32,000 bases of DNA from Pseudomonas aeruginosa (GTDB taxonomy: Bacteria; Pseudomonadota; Gammaproteobacteria; Pseudomonadales; Pseudomonadaceae): contig NZ_LN831024.1 in the NCBI RefSeq assembly GCF_001457615.1, forward strand, positions 2,250,001 through 2,282,000. Reading direction: 5' to 3'. The notes under the pieces are model-generated. The model saw only the letters and a list, made by a program, of their open reading frames with translations. It was not told where the DNA came from and ran no database searches. A program made the position numbers and the translations under genes. This document shows positions 17,467 through 26,430 of this stretch, one piece after another. How positions within the stretch are numbered: the stretch's first letter is position 1; every line of letters begins with the position of its first letter.

Positions 17467-19469
17467 ACGCGATTCCGCGGGTCGCGCTGGTCTGGCTGCT
17501 GGTGGCGCAGGTACTGGTGATCCTGCCGCACCTGGCCTACATGCCGCTGTGGATCGCGGCCATGTGGCTCGGTTGCGCGGCCTGGCGGGTGCAGGTCTTC
17601 CGCATGCGTGCCGGCTATCCGCGCGCCTGGGTCAAGCTGGCCCTGGCGCTGCTCGCCGGGGCCGGGGTCTGGTTGTCGCGCGGCAGCCTGGTGGGCCTGG
17701 ACGCGGGGGCGGTGCTGCTGATCGCCGCGTTCATCCTCAAGCTGGTGGAAATGAAGACCCGCCGCGATGCGCTGGTACTGGTGTTCCTCGGTTTCTTCGC
17801 AGTGGTGGTGGGCTACCTGTTCGACGACGGTTTCCTCGCCGCGCTGTACAGCCTGCTGCCGGTGACCGCGTTGCTGGCGGCGCTGATCGGCTTGCAGCAG
17901 AGCGCTTTCGCCAGCCGGCCCTGGCCGACCCTGCGGCTGGCCGGCGGGCTGTTGCTGCAGGCGCTGCCGCTGATGCTCCTGCTGTTCCTGTTCTTCCCCC
18001 GCCTGGGGCCGCTGTGGTCGTTGCCGATGCCCGGCAACAAGGGGGTCACCGGACTCTCGGAGAGCATGGCGCCAGGGGATATCGCCGAGCTTGGGCGCTC
18101 CGCCGAACTGGCGTTCCGGGTCCGCTTCGAGGGCGCACCGCCGCCGCGCGAGCAGCTCTACTGGCGCGCCTTGACCATGGAGCGTTTCGACGGACGACGT
18201 TGGGCTCAGGCGCCGCAATGGTCGGGCGAGGATGCTATGCACTGGCAGAAGCGTGGCCCCGAGCTGCGCTACGACGTGATCATGCAGCCCAGTTCGCAGT
18301 CCTGGCTGTTCGCCCTCGACGTGGCGCAGACCGACCAGACCGACACGCGCCTGATGAGCGATTTCCACCTGCAGCGACGGCAGCCGGTCGAGCAACGTCT
18401 GTTCTACCGAGCCAGTTCCTGGCCACAGGCGCTGCGCGAGTCCAGCATCGATCCGCGCATGCGCTGGCGCAACCTGCAGTTGCCGATGCACGGCAATCCG
18501 CGCGCGCGCGCCCTGGCCGAGCAACTGCGCCAGGCCCATGCGCAACCGCAGGCACTGGTCGCGGCCCTGTTGCAGCGCTTCAACCGCGAGCCTTTCGCCT
18601 ACACCCTGAAACCGCCAGCGACCGGTGCCGACGGGGTGGACGATTTCCTGTTCGACACGCGCAGCGGCTTCTGCGCGCATTACGCCGGGGCGATGGCTTT
18701 CGTCCTGCGCGCCGCGGGCATTCCTGCGCGAGTGGTGGCCGGTTACCAGGGCGGCGAGCTGAATCCGGCGGGCAACTACCTGCTGGTGCATCAGTTCGAC
18801 GCCCACGCCTGGGTCGAGTATTGGCAGCCGGAGCAGGGCTGGCTGAGCGTCGACCCGACCTACCAGGTGGCGCCCGAACGGATCGAACAGGGGCTGGAGC
18901 AGGCCCTGGCCGGGGACAGCGAGTACCTCGCCGACGCGCCGCTGTCGCCGTTGCGCTACCGTGGCCTGCCCTGGCTCAACGACATGCGTCTGGCCTGGGA
19001 CAGCCTGAACTACGGCTGGCAACGCTGGGTCCTGGCCTACCAGGGTGAGCAGCAGGGCGCCTTCCTGCAGCGCTGGTTCGGCGGGCTCGATCCGACCCGA
19101 CTGGGCCTGTTGCTCGGTGCCGCGGCGATATTGTCGGTCGGTCTGCTCGCGCTGTTCCTGCTCAAGCCCTGGCAAGGCCGTGGCGATCTGCGCAGCCGCC
19201 AACTGCGCCGCTTCGAACGCCTGCTGGAGATGCATGGCCTGCGCCGTTCCCCCGGCGAAGGGCTACGCTCCTACGGCGAGCGCGCCGCCCGCGTCCTGCC
19301 GGCGCAGGCGCCAGCCATCGCGGCCTTCGTCGGCGCGTTCGAAGCGCAACGCTATGGACACGGCGGTGCCGATGATCCAGGGTTGCGTCTGCGCGCATTG
19401 CGCCGGGCGCTGCCCTGGCGCCTGGTGCGCACGCCCACGCGGGATGGCCGGGGAGAGGAGCAGGCATGA
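17463..19469 (+). CDS. tgpA: Inner-membrane transglutaminase-like protein TgpA
   Basis: ATG 17463 overlaps the DUF58 stop (ATGA); 668 aa. The N-terminal part is polytopic membrane. The transglutaminase core is …TRSGFCAHYAGAMAFVLRAAGIPARVVAGY…FDAHAWVEYW…SVDPT (Cys-His-Asp), followed by a further TM helix. The track's 1001-aa ORF is an upstream run-through. Confidence 0.9.
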   Translation: MNAIPRVALVWLLVAQVLVILPHLAYMPLWIAAMWLGCAAWRVQVFRMRAGYPRAWVKLALALLAGAGVWLSRGSLVGLDAGAVLLIAAFILKLVEMKTRRDALVLVFLGFFAVVVGYLFDDGFLAALYSLLPVTALLAALIGLQQSAFASRPWPTLRLAGGLLLQALPLMLLLFLFFPRLGPLWSLPMPGNKGVTGLSESMAPGDIAELGRSAELAFRVRFEGAPPPREQLYWRALTMERFDGRRWAQAPQWSGEDAMHWQKRGPELRYDVIMQPSSQSWLFALDVAQTDQTDTRLMSDFHLQRRQPVEQRLFYRASSWPQALRESSIDPRMRWRNLQLPMHGNPRARALAEQLRQAHAQPQALVAALLQRFNREPFAYTLKPPATGADGVDDFLFDTRSGFCAHYAGAMAFVLRAAGIPARVVAGYQGGELNPAGNYLLVHQFDAHAWVEYWQPEQGWLSVDPTYQVAPERIEQGLEQALAGDSEYLADAPLSPLRYRGLPWLNDMRLAWDSLNYGWQRWVLAYQGEQQGAFLQRWFGGLDPTRLGLLLGAAAILSVGLLALFLLKPWQGRGDLRSRQLRRFERLLEMHGLRRSPGEGLRSYGERAARVLPAQAPAIAAFVGAFEAQRYGHGGADDPGLRLRALRRALPWRLVRTPTRDGRGEEQA

Positions 19470-20236
19470 CGGGGTTCATCGATGAACTGCTGGCTGAGGT
19501 GATCGGCCAGCAGGTGGCGTTGATGTCGGCGGTCGCCCGCCTGGAGGCGCGCACGGATGGCGAGGCACTGCACGACCTGCGCATCGCCCTGCGCCGTCTG
19601 CGCAGCCTGCTGCGGCCGATCCGCGGAGTCCCCGGCGTCGAGGAGCTGGAGCATGCCGCCGCCGAGGTCGGGCGGCTCAGCGGGCCGATCCGCGACCTGG
19701 AGGTGCTGCTGCCGGCGCTCGCCGCCGAAGGGCTGCGGGATGCGCTGGCGGTGCGCCGGCCGGTGCTGGAGTCCGGCTACGTGGCGGTTCTCGCCAGCCA
19801 GCCGCTGCACCGCCTGCAGCTTTGCCTGGACGTCTGGCCGGCCCTGTTGCGTACGGCCCAGCGGCATGCCGTGCTGGATGGCCTGCACGGCCGGGTGCGC
19901 AAGCGCCTGCGCCGGCAATGGAAGACCCTGCGCGCCGAGCTGGCGGACACCACCTACGAGCACTGGCACCCGCTACGGCTGCGGATCAAGCGCGTGCGCT
20001 ACGGGCTGGAGGCCTATCCGCACGATTGCAGCATTCCCGGCTCGCTGCTGGCGCCGCTCAAGGCGGCCCAGTCGGCGCTGGGCGATTGGCACGACCTCGA
20101 ACAGTGGCTGTTGCGATGCCAGCGCGAGCCGGACCTGGCGCCCGTGCGCGAGGTCTGGACGGCACGCTTCGAACTGGCCCGGGAGCGTGCCGGACGGGCC
20201 CTGTCGACATTGCAGCAGGCGCTTGCCGGGCACTGA
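19466..20236 (+). CDS. CHAD-domain protein
   Basis: ATG 19466 overlaps the tgpA stop (ATGA); 256 aa. Repeated basic-helix motifs HDLRIALRRLRSLLR, IRDLEVL, HPLRLRIKRVRYGLEAY and LGDWHD are typical of CHAD. Confidence 0.75.
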   Translation: MTGFIDELLAEVIGQQVALMSAVARLEARTDGEALHDLRIALRRLRSLLRPIRGVPGVEELEHAAAEVGRLSGPIRDLEVLLPALAAEGLRDALAVRRPVLESGYVAVLASQPLHRLQLCLDVWPALLRTAQRHAVLDGLHGRVRKRLRRQWKTLRAELADTTYEHWHPLRLRIKRVRYGLEAYPHDCSIPGSLLAPLKAAQSALGDWHDLEQWLLRCQREPDLAPVREVWTARFELARERAGRALSTLQQALAGH

Positions 20237-20316
20237 GGCCGCCGGTATTCCGATCGGCTTTTTCCCAAGGATCGCCTCGCCTAAGATGGGCCCTCGAATC
20301 CCCTCGCGAGGCACAC

Positions 20317-21114
20317 ATGAATTTTTCCGAATTGATCCAGGCGGTCCGCCGCGACCCTTCCTCGGTGGTAGTACCGGCCAGTTGGGGCCAGGGCCGCGCC
20401 ACCTTCGGTGGCCTGGTGGTGGCGTTGGCCTACGAGGCCATGCTTGCGGTGGTCGAGGCGGGGCGTCCGTTGCGCTCCATCGGCGTCAGCTTCGTCGGAC
20501 CGCTGGCCCCCGAGCAGCCGGCGAGCTTCAGCGCCCGGTTGTTGCGCGAGGGCAAGGCGGTGAGCCAGGTACAGGTCGAGGTCCGTCAGGGCGAGCAGGT
20601 GGTGACGCTGGTCCAGGCCAGTTTCGGCGTCGCCCGCGCGTCGGCGGTGGCGGTGGAAGCGTTGCCGGCGGCCGGGATGAAGGGCCCCGAAGAGAGCCAG
20701 GAGCTGCCCTATATCCGTAACGTGACCCCGGAGTTCACTCGCTACATCGCCATGCGCTGGGCAGTGGGCGGCCTGCCGTTCTCTTCGAACAAGTCGCGCC
20801 AGATGGGCGGCTGGATGCGTTTCCGCGACGAACCCGAGGGAGAGCCCATGGAGGTTTCCCACCTGCTGGCGCTGCTCGACTCCTGGCCGCCGGCGCTGTT
20901 GCCGCACCTGGGCACCCCGGCGATGGCCAGCTCGCTGACCTGGACCGCCGAGTTCCTCCAGCCGCTGCCGCAGCAGGGCAGCGGCGACTGGTGCCGTTAC
21001 CTGGCGGAGATCGAGGAGGCGCGCGACGGCTACGGCCACGTGGCGGCGCGGATGTGGAGCGCCGACGGCCAGTTGCTGGCGATCAGCCGGCAGATGGTCA
21101 CGGTGTTCGGCTGA
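20317..21114 (+). CDS. Acyl-CoA thioesterase (TesB-like double hot-dog)
   Basis: ATG 20317; 265 aa. The product MNFSELIQAVRRD…WGQGRATFGGLVVALAYEAM…GYGHVAARMWSADGQLLAISRQMVTVF resembles thioesterase-II-like proteins. This is a family-level call only. Confidence 0.6.
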   Translation: MNFSELIQAVRRDPSSVVVPASWGQGRATFGGLVVALAYEAMLAVVEAGRPLRSIGVSFVGPLAPEQPASFSARLLREGKAVSQVQVEVRQGEQVVTLVQASFGVARASAVAVEALPAAGMKGPEESQELPYIRNVTPEFTRYIAMRWAVGGLPFSSNKSRQMGGWMRFRDEPEGEPMEVSHLLALLDSWPPALLPHLGTPAMASSLTWTAEFLQPLPQQGSGDWCRYLAEIEEARDGYGHVAARMWSADGQLLAISRQMVTVFG

Positions 21115-21122
21115 GGCGCATG

Positions 21123-22700
21123 TCAGGCGGGCGCGTACTCGGTGCGGTTGCGCCCGCCGCTCTTGGCCTGGTAGAGCGCGCTGTCGGCGCGCACCAGCAG
21201 GCTTTCCAGGTCGTCCCCGGCGTCCCTGCGCAGGGCGACGCCGATGCTCACGGTCATCCGCAGCGGTTCGCCGTCGGGATTGTTCACCCGTAGCGCCTCG
21301 ACGCCGGCGCGCAGCCGTTCGGCGACGTCCAGCGCCTGGTCCAGGCTGACCTCTGGAAGCAGCGCGGCGAATTCCTCGCCGCCCAGGCGACCGAGCAGGT
21401 CCACCTCGCGCAGGCCCTGGCGCAGGGTCTCGGCGACACGTTGCAGGGCGCGGTCGCCGGTCAGGTGGCCGTGGCTGTCGTTGATGTTCTTGAAGTGGTC
21501 GATGTCCAGCATCAGCGCCACGCAGGGGTGGCGGAAGCGTTCGGCGGCCTTGAGCATGAGTTCCGCCTGGTGCAGGAACGAGTGGCGGTTGTGCAGGCCG
21601 GTCAGGGTATCGGTGCTGGCCAGCAGGCGCAGTTCCTGCTCCATGGCCTTGCGCCGGCTGATGTCGTAGCACCAGATCAGGGTCGCCGGCTCGCCGTCGA
21701 TTTCCAGGTGGCGCGCGCAGATCACCGCCCAGCAAGGCGTTTCCCCGCATAGCTGGGCTTCCCAGCCATCCACCTGGCCGCGCGCCTCCAGGGCGTTCTG
21801 CAGGCGGCTGTATTCGCTGGTGCTGGCGAACAGCCGGGGCAGGTTGAAGTCGTCCTGGGCCTGGCAACCCAGGCGCTTGAGCAGGCGTGGGCTGACGTAA
21901 TGGATGCTGGCGCCGCAGGCGCTGAGCAGGACCACGTCGCTCGGGCTGGCCTCGAGGATGAAATGCAGCAGCGCCTTGCCTTCGCTGAGCTGGCGGGTGC
22001 GCTCGCCGACGCGTTTCTCCAGGGTGGCGTTAAGCTCGATCAGATGCCCGGCCAGTTGCTGTGCGCGTTTGAAGTCGGTGACCAGGCGCAGCACCAGCAG
22101 GGCACCGCCGGCACCGATCCCGAGCAGGGCCCAGAACAACGCGTAGAACGCCCGGTGCAGGCGCTTGCGGTCGACGTCCAACTGGTTGGTCAGGGCGATG
22201 TTGCTGGCGACGACGATCTGGTGGGTCGGTTCGAGCAAGGGCGGAACCTGCTGGACGATCTCCGCGGCCAGGCGGCGCGCGGCGACGGGATCGCCCCAGG
22301 GGGCCTGGTTCGACCAGCGATCGCTGAGCTCGATCAGGCGTTGCAGGGTGGCCTGTACCTCCGGACGCGGTTCGGCGAGATGCCTGAACAACGACTGGCG
22401 GCGCAGCGGCGCGATCAGGCTGGCGAGGACTTCGAGACGGATCGCCAGGTCGTCGGCTTGGCCTTCGCCGCTCTCGGTGTGCCGCGCGGCGTCCAGCGTG
22501 CGATCCAGTTCGGCGCGCAGCGAGTAGGTCTGCCACAGCTCGTTGTGCAGGTTCGGCTGGGCCAGTTGCTGGGCCTGGCGCACCGCCAGCCACAGCGCAG
22601 CCCCGGCGATCAGCGCCATGAGCAGCACCAGGCCGAGCAACAGCCCCATGATCTGGCGTTGCCGGCGCAGCTTTGTCGGATCGAGCAGCGGCACAGTCAT
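21123..22700 (-). CDS. Membrane diguanylate cyclase: TM, periplasmic region, TM, PAS, GGDEF
   Basis: 525 aa with two TM helices (LLGLVLLMALIAGAALWLAV and FYALFWALLGIGAGGALLVLRLV) flanking about 155 aa. A PAS-like segment follows. The GGDEF domain has an intact GGEEF site and an RxxD I-site (REVD) five residues upstream. Confidence 0.88.
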   Translation of the reverse strand: MTVPLLDPTKLRRQRQIMGLLLGLVLLMALIAGAALWLAVRQAQQLAQPNLHNELWQTYSLRAELDRTLDAARHTESGEGQADDLAIRLEVLASLIAPLRRQSLFRHLAEPRPEVQATLQRLIELSDRWSNQAPWGDPVAARRLAAEIVQQVPPLLEPTHQIVVASNIALTNQLDVDRKRLHRAFYALFWALLGIGAGGALLVLRLVTDFKRAQQLAGHLIELNATLEKRVGERTRQLSEGKALLHFILEASPSDVVLLSACGASIHYVSPRLLKRLGCQAQDDFNLPRLFASTSEYSRLQNALEARGQVDGWEAQLCGETPCWAVICARHLEIDGEPATLIWCYDISRRKAMEQELRLLASTDTLTGLHNRHSFLHQAELMLKAAERFRHPCVALMLDIDHFKNINDSHGHLTGDRALQRVAETLRQGLREVDLLGRLGGEEFAALLPEVSLDQALDVAERLRAGVEALRVNNPDGEPLRMTVSIGVALRRDAGDDLESLLVRADSALYQAKSGGRNRTEYAPA

Positions 22701-22709
22701 GTCCGTTAC

Positions 22710-23198
22710 TTACTCAAGAGTGATGGAGCTGACCTGCCAGACGGTACGGTTGTAGTAGACCTGGTTTCTCAACTCAGGATAGCGGGCCATCGGGTAGATG
22801 ATGAAAAGCGGTCCGCGTTCGCGGATCGCCATGTAGGCGCCGTTGCGGCGATAGGCGAGGATGGGCTGGTAGCTGTCGAGGTCGCTGTACGGGATGATCG
22901 CCGAGTAGTCGTTCAGCGCCAGCACGCGCAGGCGCGTGGGCGGCGCCAGGTCCAGGTGGCGCAGCAACAGGCTGAGGCGCACGCCTTGCCAGCGGGCGTT
23001 GGCCTCGCCGGGGAGCTGGGCTTCCAGGGTCTCGCTGGGCAGGGCTTCGAGGTCGGACAGGGTCAGCCGTACGGGAGCGTCGCCGGACCGCTGCAGGGTG
23101 ACGATCGGACGTCCGCCCAGCGGCACGGGCTCCGCGGCCTGGGCAAGAGGCAGCCCCAGGCAACAGAGAAAGACGATTAATTGACGCGTTGACGGCAT
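22710..23198 (-). CDS. Secreted/periplasmic protein resembling a molybdopterin-oxidoreductase-type domain
   Basis: 162 aa with a signal peptide MPSTRQLIVFLCCLGLPLAQA|AEP. It ends 9 nt before the diguanylate cyclase start, so it is probably co-transcribed. The fold assignment comes from memory of family annotations and is weak. Confidence 0.5.
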   Translation of the reverse strand: MPSTRQLIVFLCCLGLPLAQAAEPVPLGGRPIVTLQRSGDAPVRLTLSDLEALPSETLEAQLPGEANARWQGVRLSLLLRHLDLAPPTRLRVLALNDYSAIIPYSDLDSYQPILAYRRNGAYMAIRERGPLFIIYPMARYPELRNQVYYNRTVWQVSSITLE

Positions 23199-23284
23199 GT
23201 TGTCGGTCCACGACAGGATTCCGTCGATTATATCGGCAGCGTCGCGCTAAAACTGAAGGGCTGTGCAAAATCCCGGACGAACTG

Positions 23285-23644
23285 TCACTTATGCCGTTCG
23301 CGCCAAGCCCGCCACCAGGTGCCGCTGAGGACGAAGCGGGGGAAGGTGACGAACTGCTCGACGAGCAGGCGACTGACAGCGTCGCGCCGATCGCTGAATG
23401 GCTCGGGTGCCTGTTCCTCCAGCGCGTGTCCCTTGGCCTGGATCGCCAGGCCGGCGCCGATGCCGATGACACCGAGCACCACCTGCAGCAGGTCCAGGCC
23501 GAACAGGCCGCCGAGCAGCAGGATCGCAGCGACGATGAACAGCGGCACGGCGATCAGGTGCAGGACCAGGTTGGTCGGGTTGCGGTGGTTGGCGGCATAG
23601 CCGCGCCATTGCCAGGCGAGCAGGTTGGGATGACGTTTGCCCAT
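23285..23644 (-). CDS. Small inner-membrane protein (possibly DUF962/Mpo1-like)
   Basis: 119 aa. The motif …YAANHRNPTNLVLHLIAVPLFIV… is followed by a second hydrophobic helix. The family assignment is tentative. Confidence 0.5.
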   Translation of the reverse strand: MGKRHPNLLAWQWRGYAANHRNPTNLVLHLIAVPLFIVAAILLLGGLFGLDLLQVVLGVIGIGAGLAIQAKGHALEEQAPEPFSDRRDAVSRLLVEQFVTFPRFVLSGTWWRAWRERHK

Positions 23645-23769
23645 GTTCTCGGTACTCCGTGACGGCGACCCGCGGGGCGGATCCTTGCATGTCGTCGAGT
23701 CTAGGCGGGGTGCGGCAGCGCGGCGAATGATTCCTGCCTATCCGGGCGATAGGCAGGTGCGCCTGCGGA

Positions 23770-25242
23770 TCAGAGGCGTAGCTGGCCGATGGCGCGGGTC
23801 AGATCGCCCGCCAGGTCGACCAGTTGCTGACTGGTGGCCGCCGACTCGACGGTCTGCTGCACGGTGAGTTCGGTGACGTCGCGGATGCCCACCACCGAAC
23901 GGGTCATCTCTTCCGCGACCTGGCTCTGCTGTTCCGCGGCGACGGCGATCTGCGTGTTGCTTTCACGCATCTGCGCCACCGCGTTGGCGATCGCCGCCAG
24001 CGCCTCGCCGGCGTCGCCGGCCTGGCTGACGCAACCGTCGGCCTTGAGCGAGCTTTCCTGCATGAACTCCACGGCGTCGCGGGTACCCGACTGCAGGGCG
24101 AGGATCATCTGGGTGATCTCGTCGGTGGAGTCCTGCACGCGACGGGCGAGGTTGCGCACCTCATCGGCCACCACGGCGAAGCCGCGGCCCATTTCCCCGG
24201 CCCGCGCGGCCTCGATGGCGGCGTTGAGGGCAAGCAGGTTGGTCTGTTCGGCGATGCCGTGGATCACGTTGACCACGCCGCTGATCTTCTGGCTGTCCTC
24301 GGCCAGCTTCTGGATCATCTCGGCGGTGTCCTGGACGCCCTGGGACAACCCGGCGATCGACGCGCTGACCCGGCTCACCGCCTGCTGGCCGGCGCCGGCC
24401 AGGCGGTCGGCTTCCTGCGACTGGTCACGGGTGTCGGCGGCGTGCTGGGCGATATGGAAGACCGTGGTGGACATCTCGTTGATCGCGGTGGCGGTCTGGT
24501 CGGTCTCGCTCTGCTGGCCGAGCATGCCCTGGCGTACCTGGCCCATGCTGCGGGCCAGCGCCTGGGCGCCTTCGTCGAGCTTGGTAGCGGCCGCGGCGAC
24601 GGTGCCGACGATGCGCTGGTAGCCGGCCTGCATGGCGTTGAAGGCACTGGCCATCTGGCCGACTTCGTCGCGTCCCTGCAGCGGTACGCGAGCGGACAGG
24701 TCGCCGCTCTTCTCGACGTGCAGCATCACGTCCTTGAGGGTATGCAGGTGGGTGAGGATGAAGCGGATCAGCAGTTGCGAGGCCGCCAGCAGCGCCAGCA
24801 TCAGCACCAGCACGGCGACGGCGTAGGCGCCGGCCCGGTCGGCGAAGACCTGCCACAGGTCGCTGGCCGGGGCGAGCACGGCGAAGCGCTGGCCGGAGCC
24901 GGTCTGGCCGACCCAGGCGCCGAGCAGCGGGGTATCGCCCTGGCGCGCGCCGGACAACTCGATCCAACCCTGCCCCTTGCCCAGCGCCTGGGCAGCGGTG
25001 CCGCCCAGGCTCGCGGCCTGTTCCAGCGGCAGCAGGTTGCTGCGGGCGGGTAGGGCGCTGCCGGCTGGCCAGCTCTGAACCAGCTCGCCCTCGGCGGCGG
25101 CGGCGCGCTGGGCGGAAGCGTTGCGCCCGGCGGCTTCCTGCTGCATGGCGAACAACACCAGCAGCAGGGTGGTGAAGAAGGCCACCGCGTTGACGGCCCA
25201 GAACTTGTATTTCAGTGGAATGTCGCTGATCCAGGTGCCCAT
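23770..25242 (-). CDS. Methyl-accepting chemotaxis protein
   Basis: ATG 25242 ([31 protein letters not shown]…); the track's longer start at 25266 is a TTG. Domain order is TM1, a short periplasmic region, TM2, HAMP, then the highly conserved MCP signalling hairpin (…[37 protein letters not shown]…). Confidence 0.88.
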   Translation of the reverse strand: MGTWISDIPLKYKFWAVNAVAFFTTLLLVLFAMQQEAAGRNASAQRAAAAEGELVQSWPAGSALPARSNLLPLEQAASLGGTAAQALGKGQGWIELSGARQGDTPLLGAWVGQTGSGQRFAVLAPASDLWQVFADRAGAYAVAVLVLMLALLAASQLLIRFILTHLHTLKDVMLHVEKSGDLSARVPLQGRDEVGQMASAFNAMQAGYQRIVGTVAAAATKLDEGAQALARSMGQVRQGMLGQQSETDQTATAINEMSTTVFHIAQHAADTRDQSQEADRLAGAGQQAVSRVSASIAGLSQGVQDTAEMIQKLAEDSQKISGVVNVIHGIAEQTNLLALNAAIEAARAGEMGRGFAVVADEVRNLARRVQDSTDEITQMILALQSGTRDAVEFMQESSLKADGCVSQAGDAGEALAAIANAVAQMRESNTQIAVAAEQQSQVAEEMTRSVVGIRDVTELTVQQTVESAATSQQLVDLAGDLTRAIGQLRL

Positions 25243-25263
25243 AGGGGGATTTCTTCTTATCGG

Positions 25264-25292
25264 CAAGATAATGGCAAGGCGCCATTATCTTG
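25264..25292. repeat. Perfect 11-bp AT-rich inverted repeat between tatD and the MCP gene
   Basis: CAAGATAATGG (25264-25274), spacer caaggcg, CCATTATCTTG (25282-25292). It lies 22-50 nt upstream of the MCP ATG on the minus strand. No U-tract follows it on that strand. Confidence 0.5.
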
Positions 25293-25380
25293 AAAGCTGA
25301 GTAAGGGGCAATCGTTGATGCGGGTCAACGAGACCGTTCGTCAGCTTAGCGGCCGATCCGCCGGGAGCTTGAGGGCGATC

Positions 25381-26184
25381 TCAGTCGATCGTCGGCAGGC
25401 CGAAGAACGCCCGCGCCGCGGCGCTGGTGTGAGCGGCCAGGCGCTCCGCGCTCTCGCCGCGATGGCGGGCCACGCAGTCGAGCACCTCGACCAGGTAGGC
25501 CGGCTCGTTGCGCCCGTTCTTCGGCTTCGGCCGCAGGCTGCGCGGCAGCAGGTAGGGCGCGTCGCTTTCCAGCATGAGACGGCCGACCGGGATCTCGCCT
25601 ACCAGATCATGCAGGTGGGTGCCGCGGCGCTCGTCGTTGATCCAGCCGGTGATGCCGATGTGCAGGTCGAGGTCGAGGTAGCCATACAGCGCCCGGCGCT
25701 CGCCGGTGAAACAATGTACGACGGCGGCCGGCAGGCGATCGCGGAAGTCGCGCAGGATCGCCAGCAGGCGCTCGCTGGCGTCGCGTTCGTGGAGGAACAC
25801 CGGACGCTGTAGCTCGACGGCCAGTGCCAGTTGTTCCTCGAGGGCCTTTTCCTGGGCCGGACGGGGAGAGAAGTCGCGATTGAAGTCGAGGCCGCATTCG
25901 CCCACCGCGCGTACCCGCGGGTCGTCGAACAGGGCGCGCAGGCCGCGAGCGGTGTCGGCGTTCCAGTGGCTGGCCTCGTGGGGGTGGACGCCGGCGGTGG
26001 TAAACAGCCGGCCGCCCTCGTCGAGTTCGCCGCAGAGCTGCAGCGCCTGTTCGCTGTCGGCCAGGCTGGTGCCGGTGATGACCATCTGCACCACCCCGGC
26101 GGCGCGCGCGCGGGCGAGCAGTGCTTCACGTTCCGGGGCGAAGCTGGCGTGGGTCAGATTGACGCCGATATCGATGAGTTGCAT
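25381..26184 (-). CDS. tatD: TatD-family metal-dependent hydrolase/DNase
   Basis: 267 aa. [12 protein letters not shown]…AGVHPHEA…[10 protein letters not shown]…FLHERDA…HCFTG…ESDAPYLLP matches the TatD/amidohydrolase metal-ligand pattern. Confidence 0.85.
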   Translation of the reverse strand: MQLIDIGVNLTHASFAPEREALLARARAAGVVQMVITGTSLADSEQALQLCGELDEGGRLFTTAGVHPHEASHWNADTARGLRALFDDPRVRAVGECGLDFNRDFSPRPAQEKALEEQLALAVELQRPVFLHERDASERLLAILRDFRDRLPAAVVHCFTGERRALYGYLDLDLHIGITGWINDERRGTHLHDLVGEIPVGRLMLESDAPYLLPRSLRPKPKNGRNEPAYLVEVLDCVARHRGESAERLAAHTSAAARAFFGLPTID

Positions 26185-26430
26185 GGTGCCTTCCTGGAAT
26201 TCGCAGCGAGGCGGCGCCCCCTCGATCGCGCCGGACCCGCCGGGAGATGGGTGGCAAACCGCTTGTAGAACAATCCGTTATAATCGCAGATCGGGTTCTT
26301 CGGCGCCCGGATTATCTACCCAATGCCTCCGTTTGCAGCCGCTGTCGGAGAGGAACTTGCCAAGACTGCCATGCTCTGATTGATCCGGTCCCCCGGAGAG
26401 GGACATCGAGCCTGGCCTCTGGAGACCTGG

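Noticed and set aside
17364-19235. A 623-aa minus-strand ORF opposite tgpA. Others are the 528-aa ORF 20281-21867 (-) and the 558-aa ORF 28350-30026 (+) opposite lipH/lipA.
   Set aside because: Antisense shadow ORFs. The opposite strand encodes proteins with unmistakable family motifs (transglutaminase triad, lipase GHSHG, Lif foldase).
16464-19469. A 1001-aa ORF suggesting a much larger TgpA. Other inflated ORFs are the 698-aa 1370-3466, 519-aa 12991-14550, 444-aa 11634-12968, 430-aa 19822-21114 and 661-aa 5213-7198.
   Set aside because: The N-terminal extensions run through neighbouring genes in another frame and translate to Pro/Arg/Ala-rich nonsense. Internal ATGs with SD sequences or stop-start overlaps give products of canonical family length (for example 668-aa TgpA and 386-aa AtuD).
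26279-26284. A perfect TATAAT hexamer upstream of the MltF-like gene, as a sigma70 -10 box.
   Set aside because: No acceptable -35 element at 16-19 bp spacing: TTGTAG is only 10 bp away and TGGCAA is 21 bp away. There is no TG extension either. It is a notable string in GC-rich DNA but not enough to call a promoter.
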